From assembly GCF_006345805.1 (NCBI RefSeq), contig NW_021826849.1, positions 1 through 12,304 of the forward strand: a DNA stretch of 12,304 nucleotides, read 5' to 3'. Below are positions 1-8,448 of this stretch, one piece after another. This stretch comes from Octopus sinensis (lineage: Eukaryota). The position numbers and the translations under genes were made by a program. A model generated the notes under the pieces. The model was not told the origin of the DNA. It was given only the letters and a program-made list of their open reading frames with translations, and searched no databases. Position 1 is the first letter of the stretch, and every line of letters begins with the position of its first letter.

Positions 1-61
1 CAGATTGAAGCATTGATGTATCCATGATATTCTAGTGATCTGATAACTTAGCTTCAAACAC

Positions 62-182
62 CTATAACTAATCTTAACATTGTTCGTGGTATAACTTGTG
101 GTCACGTGACCGACCGCTACCAGATATTGTTACGCATATCTGTTCACATGCGCCTTTTAATTGTTTTAGCCTTTCAATGACG
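62..182 (-). mobile_element. 5'-truncated 3' tail of the CORE-type SINE family seen at 1829-2134
   Basis: Reverse complement aligns colinearly, roughly 80% by eye, with 2015-2134 (gtcatt-aaaggctaaaacaat...catgtgaacag...aacaatatctggtag-ggtcggtcacgtgaccac...gttatacc...aagattagttatag). Confidence 0.85.
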
Positions 183-265
183 ACATTGATTTGTAAATGT
201 ACAATAGCATAATGAGTTGCAAGCAACTGTGGTGTATCGAAAGTATTGTTACACGAGGAAAATAC

Positions 266-418
266 GCTCTGAGTTCAAATTCCACCGAGGTCGACTTTCT
301 TTTTCGTATTTTCGGGGACAATAAATTAAGTACCAGTCAATTACTGGGGTTGCTGTCATCGATAAGCCCCCTCCCCTGAAATTCCAGGTCTTGAACTTAT
401 GTTAGAAAGGAGTTATTA
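266..418 (+). mobile_element. SINE fragment (3' monomer of the dimeric tRNA-derived SINE family)
   Basis: B-box gttcaaattcc at 273-283, then accgaggtcgacttt...ttcgggg...ataaattaagtaccag...actggggt...cccctcccc; colinear with 1565-1730. Confidence 0.85.
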
Positions 419-510
419 CAGGAGGAAAACTGCGAATCGGCTGTAATTCTATGGATGACAAATGGTTAAATAACCATATTCACATCTCCTAATTTTTATG
501 GTTTACTCTC

Positions 511-590
511 ATATGTATGTATGTATGTGCATGTGTGTGTGTGTATATGTGTGTTTATGTATGTGCCTATGTTTGTGTGAGTGTGTGTTT
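511..590. repeat. Degenerate (TG)n/(TATG)n microsatellite
   Basis: Directly visible tatg/tgtg repeats. Confidence 0.9.
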
Positions 591-641
591 GGTGATGCAA
601 ACAAGAAAATAAATTCGAAACATGAGAATATATGTATTTTT

Positions 642-1052
642 CAGGCACGTGCCGTGAGCAATTACTTAGGGTAGGCAGTCGGTGACCTTTATGTAGTAAA
701 ACACACAAAAAAAGTAAGCTAAACACAGGTGCGCGACTGAGTTGAAGGTAAATTTACTTCTGCCTGTATAACACGTAAAGAAAACAGTGTTGTAGGAATG
801 TACGCAGCACATGTACTACAGCAATACTATGCGTAGCTTTGATACTGAGATTGAAAATCAGGGGCAAATTACGTCTACCTAATCTACAAAAAAAAATAAA
901 ACACTTTGCATTTTATGCATAGGAATCAGAGTAACCTTCATAATTTTATTGAATTAGGTGCATATTTTGCCATAAAAGGAAAATGTTGCTATTGATCTAC
1001 TTTACCCAAGGTAGGCACTGCCTATTTTGCCTACCTAGACGGCACGTCCCTG
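642..1052. mobile_element. Non-autonomous hAT-type DNA transposon (MITE), 411 bp
   Basis: 14-bp TIRs: caggcacgtgccgt (642-655) and acggcacgtccctg (1039-1052), 13/14 match. Perfect 8-bp TSD gtattttt at 634-641 and 1053-1060. CAGG termini plus an 8-bp TSD are typical of hAT. No transposase ORF. Confidence 0.9.
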
Positions 1053-1331
1053 GTATTTTTTATTTAATTGGTAGAAGTTACAGAGTGACTCAATGTCCGA
1101 GAGCTTCGTGCATTGGCTCTTATCAATTTGGTTTCAAGGTAGGAGATTACATTATTTCAGACCGAATGGATTTATCAATAAATTTTCATCGGAGTGTTTT
1201 ATAGTAATTATAAAACCTATTACACGTGAATATTGCATATTTAACTTGCCGAATATAGTTCTTTGGGACACCATATGCATATGTTACATCCTCTCTCTAC
1301 ACCAGTATTTTTATGAAATATTTGCTGTTAA

Positions 1332-1730
1332 AGGCGCTGAGTTGGCAGAATCGTTAGCACGCCGGGCGAAATGCTTAGCGGAATATCGCCTGCCGCTACG
1401 TTCTCAGTTCAAATTCCGCCGAGGTCGACTTTGCTTTTCATTCTTTCGGGGTCGATTAAATAAGTACCAGTTATGCACTGGGGTCGATATAATCGACTTA
1501 ATCCGTTTGTCTGTCCTTGTTTGTCCCTTCTGTGTTTAGCCCCTTGCGGATAGTAAAGAAATAGGTATTTCTTCTGCCGTTATGTTCAGAGTTCAAATTC
1601 CACCGAGGTCTTCTTTGTCTTTCATCTTTCGGAGCCGATAAATTAAGTACCAGTTGCGTACTGGGGTCGATGTAATTGACTGCCCCCCCCCCCAATTTCG
1701 GACATGGACCAAGAGTAGAAAAGGAATATT
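1332..1730 (+). mobile_element. Near full-length dimeric tRNA-derived SINE (octopus-like family)
   Basis: A-box-like tggcagaatcgttag near the 5' end; B-boxes gttcaaattcc at 1407-1417 and 1591-1601; internal duplication 1381-1497 vs 1565-1680; internal hairpin gtcgat-ata-atcgac at 1483-1497. Family assignment is from recall, not a database search. Confidence 0.85.
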
Positions 1731-1828
1731 TGATGTTAAATGAGTAGGTCGGTTTGTAGAATGTTATGGGAAACATTCTGGTAGAACAGAATTACGCTTT
1801 TTCCAATGCATATATATATATACCATAG

Positions 1829-2134
1829 GTGAAGGCGAGTGAACTAGTGGTTAAGCTGTTGTACTGTTGTACGCATGATCGCTAGACCATGGGTCCGATT
1901 CTCAGACAAGGCGGCGCGTTGTGTTCTTGAGCAAAATACTTCATTTCATGTTGCCCCTGTTCCCCTTTCGATCAGCGGGGAAATGCTGGCCTGCTCGCCT
2001 AGCCAGCGGGGTGGCGTCATTCAAAGGCTAAAACAATGCAAAGAGCATGTGAACAGTGATGTGAAACAATATCTGGTAGTGGTCGGTCACGTGACCACGG
2101 GTTATACCGCAAGCGTTGTAAAGATTAGTTATAG
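1829..2134 (+). mobile_element. tRNA-derived CORE-type SINE
   Basis: Head with A-box-like ctagtggttaag and B-box-like gggtccgattctc; central gtgttcttgagcaaaatacttcatttcatgttgccc resembles the CORE domain (MIR gtgaccttgggcaagtcacttaacctc...); tail shared with 62-182. Confidence 0.8.
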
Positions 2135-2555
2135 TTGTTTGTTTTCGACACAACCCGTCAGAGAAATAGAAATACACAAGTACACCACCACGATAGAATT
2201 GTAGCAGTACCCCCTACTGCCCATCTAAACAGAAATATCTAACAAAACTATTTGTATGCAGAGAAAAATTAATTGCTGGCAAGGACACAGTATTTCCTTT
2301 TGCAAACGTAATATACTTCCAAGAATATTAAAGGTTTACAAGTCAATATTGTTACTTACACGGTGTTAGCAGTGCAGTGTAGTTTACAAACGGTATATCT
2401 TCACGCAAATTTTAATATGTTAGCTGTCAAGATATAAACATTTGTCCGGCTGCAGGAATATCGACAAAGTCATCCTGAGATATTTCAACTGCCGACCGAG
2501 TAAACATCCCTCTCTCTATATTGTAGATATATTCTTCATCTTCAAGTCTTTTACA

Positions 2556-2557
<2 letters not shown>

Positions 2558-2588
<31 letters not shown>
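2558..2588. repeat. (CA)n microsatellite
   Basis: Perfect CA run. Confidence 0.95.
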
Positions 2589-2590
<2 letters not shown>

Positions 2591-3221
2591 ATGCACATAC
2601 ACATATATGCATATCAATGTGTAGTAATTAGTTCTGAAGATATAAATACAATGACAACGAGCAAAAACAGAATATTTCAGGCCAAAAGAATAATATTTGT
2701 GCTGGCACTTTGGAAAGACAGAAAATTCTTAAGGTGTACACTTTCCGTTTATCAACATTTTTTTTTGTTATCGTTCTTCACAAAATTTTTTAAATTTTCT
2801 TTATGCTCTTCTTTATTTTTCTTTATTCATTATATCTGTGTTGGTTGTTTCTTTTTTTATTGTTTGCTTTGTTTTGCGAGAAAATATCTAATTAAGTCAT
2901 AGCCACGGATTTGGCTGTCAGTGATTGCGTTTTCATAGAAATGGAGTGAAGCTTATCTTTCTGCAGACAGTAGATTACTGGCGGTGCGTTTTCTCAGGAA
3001 TTCTTCCAAATAGTTACACCCTTATATTATTATCGACGGAAGTGTGGGGAGGAGGTGATATTTTCGTATGCTTCTTTCCTTTTCTTTTTTTCTTTACACC
3101 TGTAGACCTGTAACTAAGCTGTTATCTCCTGCAGTGAAGCTTGCTGTGACTGTCGCAGTTGGTGCTAAGTTAAAGAGATATTTATGAGTGCGTGGCGAGT
3201 ATATCTACTCACATAAATATG

Positions 3222-3445
3222 TGCACACACAGACACACACACGCACACTCATTTACACACATACATATATATTCAAATATAAAAATATAATTGCATATGT
3301 CTTAAATGTGTACGTACTGCAGACAGTATATATTATATACATATATGCTACCTATATATATATATGCGTGCGTGTGTGTACATATATATGTATGTATGTA
3401 TGTGTGTATATATGTATGCGTGTATGTATGTGTGTGTATGTGTGC
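3222..3445. repeat. Compound (CA)/(TA)/(TG)/(TATG) low-complexity tract
   Basis: Directly visible. Confidence 0.85.
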
Positions 3446-3619
3446 GAATATGGATACGTGTTTGTTGGATATATTTTCTGCGTACTTGTTTTTAATTAAT
3501 TATTGTTTTATATTATTCTGTGCACATCACTTCATATTTTATTCTTTCAAGTAATGAATATATGTATGGTGGTCTTTTGTATTCTGAGAATGATGGTTCT
3601 GCAATTGCTTGCGAAACAA

Positions 3620-3833
3620 CTTGCACGAATGATTTCTTTATACATTAGCTCTTGCCCTCCATCAAATCAACGCTTTCTGAACAAGTGAAACGTGTACCAC
3701 ACATCAGGTATCGAACCGATCACGAAGCAGTGTGAGATGGAATGTTTTGCTTCACAACACAACCCTTTCATGGATTGAAACCACGAACTCGCGATCTTTC
3801 GTACGACATCTTAGTCATTAGGCAGTTCACCCT
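3620..3833 (-). mobile_element. Degraded CORE-type SINE
   Basis: Minus strand reads agggtgaactgcctaatgactaag (A-box-like)...gtggtttcaatcc (B-box-like), then gtgttgtgaagcaaaacattccatctcacactgcttc, similar to the CORE-like segment of the 1829 SINE. The 3' boundary is uncertain. Confidence 0.6.
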
Positions 3834-3840
3834 CTAATAC

Positions 3841-4682
3841 ATATGCTCTCCCACACCCACACATACACAGATACACAAACATACACGCAACTACAATACA
3901 ACTCACACAAAAACACACACGCATTTATGCACACCTGTACACACACACACAATACGCCCGTACTCCAGTAATAAAATCCCCCACCACACACACACATTCA
4001 AAAGAAAAAACACACATACACTCACATTACAATCACAACAACCACAACAAACATTCACAAACATACATACACACAAGCATACACGGACACAATGACACAC
4101 ACCTCCTCGACAAATACAAGACACATAGACACACCCACACAAACACACCTACACGTATACACACACATTGCACTAACGATACAAACAAAACAAATCACTC
4201 ACAAATGCAACACACACATGTGCACACACATACACACACACACACACATGGAAACTATAGAACAACATAAACCGTACGCACATATACACACACACACACA
4301 CACAAACGCATACTCAATACCAACACACACAAAACGTATATACACACAGATGAACCCAACACACAATACTATAACAAATACCAATCACACACATAAAAAC
4401 ACACACACAACACCAACAGACGCACACATACATACATGCGAACAAACACTTAAATGCACTAGCGCACACACAACACCCTAACAAATATTAACCACACACA
4501 TACACACACACAAACATGCATACATATATACACACCATCCTACCAAATATTAAGCACACACAGATACATTTACATACACCACAATAAACCCTGAGACCAA
4601 TCAAAAATGGCCCCCACACACAAACACAAACACGTATATATATATTATATATATACACACACACACACACAGACACACACAC
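3841..4682. repeat. ~840-bp degenerate (CA)n-derived low-complexity tract
   Basis: Plus strand is dominated by C and A with very few G; source of the spurious HTHT/VCVC ORFs. Confidence 0.9.
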
Positions 4683-4885
4683 CATTCTGACCTCTAAAGA
4701 CCGATCCCCATATCCACTGAACCGTGAAAGAGCAGCAAAAACTTCTTTTCATTTCCACATTGCTTCTCTTTCCCCCCACCCAAACACACCTCCTAAACTG
4801 TCTCTTTAAATTGAAAATAGTCTTTTACGATGAAATGGTGAAACAGGTCAGTTGATCCCAAATTCTTTGTAAACAAATATATCTT

Positions 4886-5020
<135 letters not shown>

Positions 5021-5376
5021 TACCAAAATATGGCTTTTTGAACTTATATTTTCTGTGTATATATATAGATACTTCCAAACAAACGTGATTTTTAATGAAA
5101 TCCTAATAGGTTATGAACTCGTTAATAATTTCCCAATAAAATTTATTCTGTAAACTGTTTTTAACATTTTCTTATTATTATCAAAGAATGTATATATGTA
5201 TTGTAATATTTTGTGACAACTAGTACCTGACACAACAAAACTTTTACATGTTACTTTTGACAATCTTTTTCTAAAAAGTGAAACTGGTCAAGTGGAAAAA
5301 ACATCTTTTAAAATTGCGTTTTCAACATTCTCATATATAATGCCACTCGTGCGGTACCTTACAACTTCACTTTGTT

Positions 5377-5389
5377 ATATATATATATA

Positions 5390-5432
<43 letters not shown>
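5377..5432. repeat. (TA)n, left flank of the hammerhead element
   Basis: Runs directly into ataccaattaagg at 5431. Confidence 0.95.
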
Positions 5433-5435
<3 letters not shown>

Positions 5436-5588
5436 AATTAAGGACTGAACACGAAAAGTGGACAGTCAACATGCTAGATATAGACGTCAAAATCGCCATT
5501 CACCACAAAAGATTATTGTTCTCAGATCAAACTCAACACAAAACCATAGCAATAAACAAGTGAAAAATATACGAAATAAAATAATTAC

Positions 5589-5653
5589 CCATGTACTAAA
5601 TTAGTTTCAGCTGTTATTTTCCGCAAGGAAAACTGCAGCCATCATCAGCATGG
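5589..5653 (-). ncRNA. Type I hammerhead ribozyme, copy 1
   Basis: Reverse complement is identical to 6811-6875; predicted cleavage between 5594 and 5593. Confidence 0.8.
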
Positions 5654-6092
5654 TCCGTTATAAATGTAATTTGCTGGACTAGATGCAAACACGATACCGA
5701 AATATCGCGTGCATGGAGTTCAGCCTATTACATTAGAATATATCTTCAAATGCCTTTACTGTGGCGCGTTGAAACCCGAGAAAACTAGCCTGCAGCTAAT
5801 AATTAGCAGCAGTTAATTTATCGGTTAGAGAACATATTTATTTATATAAAATTAATTAAGGGTAGAAATTGATATTATCAATTAAGACCAGTGGTCTAGC
5901 ATATTAAAAAAGAATCCGAAGATTAAAATATTATATATACCAATTAAGGACTGAACACGAAAAGTGGACAGTCAACATGCTAGATATAGACGTCAAATCG
6001 CCATTCACCACAAAAGATTATGTTCTCAGATCAAACTCAACACAAAACCATAGCAATAAACAAGTGAAAAATATACGAAATAAAATAATTAC

Positions 6093-6157
6093 CCATGTAC
6101 TAAATTAGTTTCAGCTGTTATTTTCCGCAAGGAAAACTGCAGCCATCATCAGCATGG
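6093..6157 (-). ncRNA. Type I hammerhead ribozyme, copy 2
   Basis: Reverse complement is identical to 6811-6875; predicted cleavage between 6098 and 6097. Confidence 0.8.
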
Positions 6158-6810
6158 TCCGTTATAAATGTAATTTGCTGGACTAGATGCAAACACGATA
6201 CCGAAATATCGCGTGCATGGAGTTCAGCCTATTACATAGAATATATCTTTCAAATGCCTTTACTGTGGCGCGTTGAAACCCGAGAAAACTAGCCTGCAGC
6301 TAATAATTAGCAGCAGTTAATTTATCGGTTAGAGAACATATTTATTTATATAAAATTAATTAAGGGTAGAAATTGATATTTATCAATTAAGACCAGTGGT
6401 CTAGCATATTAAAAAAGAATCCGAAGATTAAAATATTTTATATACCAATTAAGGATGAACACGAAAAGTGGACAGTCAACATGCTAGTTTGACTGTCCAC
6501 TTTTCGTGTTCAGTCCTTAATTGGTAATATAAATATTTTAATCTTCGGAGTCTTTTTATATGCTAGACCACTGGTCTTAATTGATAAATATCAATTTCTA
6601 CCCTTAATTAATTTTATATAAATAAATATGTTCTCTAACCGATAAATTAACTGCTGCTAATTATTAGCTGCAGGCTAGTTTTCTCGGGTTTCAACGCGCC
6701 ACAGTAAAGGCATTTGAAAGATATATTCTAATGTAATAGGCTGAACTCCATGCACGCGATATTTCGGTATCGTGTTTGCATCTAGTCCAGCAAATTACAT
6801 TTATAACGGA

Positions 6811-6875
6811 CCATGCTGATGATGGCTGCAGTTTTCCTTGCGGAAAATAACAGCTGAAACTAATTTAGTACATGG
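6811..6875 (+). ncRNA. Type I hammerhead ribozyme, copy 3
   Basis: Stem I CCAUG(6811-15)/CAUGG(6871-75); CUGAUGA 6816-22; extra U 6823; stem II GGCUG(6824-28)/CAGCU(6851-55) extended by UUUUCC-UUGC-GGAAAA; GAAA 6856-59; stem III ACUA-AUU-UAGU; GUA triplet 6868-70. Confidence 0.82.
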
Positions 6876-7125
6876 GTAATTATTTTATTTCGTATATTTT
6901 TCACTTGTTTATTGCTATGGTTTTGTGTTGAGTTTGATCTGAGAACATAATCTTTTGTGGTGAATGGCGATTTGACGTCTATATCTAGCATGTTGACTGT
7001 CCACTTTTCGTGTTCAGTCCTTAATTGGTATATATAAATATTTTAATCTTCGGATTCTTTTTTAATATGCTAGACCACTGGTTTTAACTGATAAATATCA
7101 ATTTCTACTCCCCTTAATTAATTTT

Positions 7126-7256
7126 ATATATTATATATATATATATAATATATATATAATATATATACATATAAACATACTTACATATATGTACAATATG
7201 TATATATATATATACACTGCATATATACATATATGTAGACATATATGTAGACATAT
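7126..7256. repeat. (TA)n-rich tract, right flank of the hammerhead element
   Basis: Directly visible. Confidence 0.9.
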
Positions 7257-7257
7257 A

Positions 7258-8060
7258 CGCATTGGCAAGGCAGCTACTGCGATGGCCCAGCTCTCCAAAC
7301 GGGCTTGGGACAACAATAAGCTGACCAAGACCACGAAAATGAAGTATCTACCAGGCATGTTTACTCAGCACTCTACTGTATGGAAGCGAGACCTGGACGC
7401 TATATACACACGCCAAGAGCGTCGCCTAAACATCTTCACCTGCGCTGCCTCCGAAAAATCCTCCGCATCAAATGGCAGAATCATATCCCCAACAAAGATG
7501 TCCTCAGGCAAGCAGGAATACCAAGCATGTTTGCACTCCTCACACAAAGACGTATGAGATGGCTTGGGCATGTTAGCCGTATGAAAGATGGCAGAATTCC
7601 CAAGACATACTCTACGGAGAGCTTGCTAGGGGTATAGGTCTGTGGGTAGACCAATCTTACGTTACAGGGATGTTTGCAAAAGGGATATGAAGGCCTGCAA
7701 CATCAATATTAGCGGTTGGGAGGCAGTTGGCCGGCAACCGGGAGAATGGCGACGTGCAGTAAAAGAGGGAATACAAAGGAGTGACAGAGAGAGAGAGAGG
7801 AGAAATGGAAAGAAAGGAAGAGACGTAAACAAGAGACTATGGCACTACAACCAGCCAGGAACAGTCTTCGCTAGATTTGCGGTACCTGCCAGAGGGAGTG
7901 TTTGTCCAGGATAGGACTACACAGCCACAGCAGGAAATGTATCAGGACATGAAATATAAAAGCCGGACTAGACTACAAAAACCCCCCCAAAAAAACCCCC
8001 AAAAAAACATGCGCAACTCCATTGCCTCTCGAGACAGAAAGGATGCCAATACCAATACCA
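7258..8060 (+). mobile_element. 5'-truncated, frameshifted RTE-clade LINE (ORF C-terminus, 3' UTR and tail)
   Basis: Stitched frames give RIGKAATAMAQLSKRAWDNNKLTKTTKMK...HLRCLRKILRIKWQNHIPNKDVL...RRMRWLGHVSRMKDGRIPK...GRPILRYRDVCKRDMKAC, typical of RTE-type ORF C-termini. CxxC...HxxxC-type motif ICGTCQRECLSRIGLHSHSRKC at 7875-7940, stop 7950-7952. Short (ATACCA)n-like tail ending at 8060. Confidence 0.9.
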
Positions 8061-8089
8061 AGACATAGATGTACTCTTATATGCAAACA

Positions 8090-8130
8090 CATACATATGC
8101 ACTTATATATATATATATATATATATATAT
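8090..8130. repeat. (TA)n microsatellite
   Basis: Directly visible. Confidence 0.9.
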
Positions 8131-8134
8131 CTAC

Positions 8135-8433
8135 AATAATGAAGGGTGAAATTAATTAATTTGGAAAAATTATCAATTACACCAAGTAGTCTTCGGCATG
8201 TAAAAGCCTCATTCGAGGAAAATTTAAGTAATACTAAGCAATAAGGGTTTAGCAACGAATTGCCTTACCACATACCGAATTTAGAAATAGCAGTCAAGGG
8301 TTATAGCTATTTCTTCTACTAAAAAGGGGATCTCCCTTTTTAGTAGAAGAAATAGCTATAACCCTTTGACTGCTATTTTCTAAATTCGGTATGTGGTAAG
8401 GCAATTCGTTGCTAAACCCTTATTGCTTAGTAT
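8135..8433. mobile_element. Short fold-back element: 96-bp terminal module plus a ~203-bp near-perfect palindrome
   Basis: 8231-8328 is inverted at ~8334-8433 around a gatct centre, with two 1-nt indels. 8135-8230 resembles 5843-5936 (agggt-gaaatt...ttatcaatt-acacca-gtagtct). (TA)n flanks. Confidence 0.75.
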
Positions 8434-8448
8434 ATATATCTACATATA

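Larger units (their letters stand above)
5431..7130. mobile_element. Tandem plus fold-back non-coding element carrying hammerhead ribozymes (retrozyme or Penelope-pLTR-like)
   Basis: Unit 1 5431-5936 (506 bp), unit 2 5937-6441 (505 bp), partial unit 3 6442-6487, then an inverted copy 6489-7130. Units differ almost only by 1-nt indels. No substantial ORF. Flanked by (TA)n on both sides. Confidence 0.8.

Noticed and set aside
638-676. Micro-exon ttttcag|gcacgt...tagg|gtaggc
   Set aside because: Fully explained by the TSD, left TIR and subterminal motif of the hAT MITE.
859-880. caggggc...cgtcta as the left TIR of the MITE
   Set aside because: Poor match and no TSD; 642-655 gives 13/14 identity with a perfect TSD.
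1332-1420. tRNA genes at the SINE heads (also 1829-1905)
   Set aside because: A/B boxes are present but I cannot fold a cloverleaf, and they run on into SINE bodies.
2203-2220. Hairpin gcagta-ccccc-tactgc
   Set aside because: A 6-bp stem is expected by chance in 12 kb and has no supporting context.
2415-2550. Possible coding exon (LSRYKHLSGCRNIDKVILRYFNCRP on plus; EEYIYNIERGMFTRSAVEISQDD on minus)
   Set aside because: Weak splice signals, no recognisable protein similarity, and no partner exons.
5431-7130. TIR DNA transposon/Foldback element, or CRISPR-like array
   Set aside because: No TSD, asymmetric ends, internal tandem units and a hammerhead fit an RNA-mediated origin better; there is no short repeat-spacer pattern.
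5431-7130. Assembly artefact as the sole explanation of the fold-back architecture
   Set aside because: Possible for this copy, but the same architecture recurs in substitution-diverged copies (9357-9648, 11368-12010), and the hammerhead itself does not depend on copy number.
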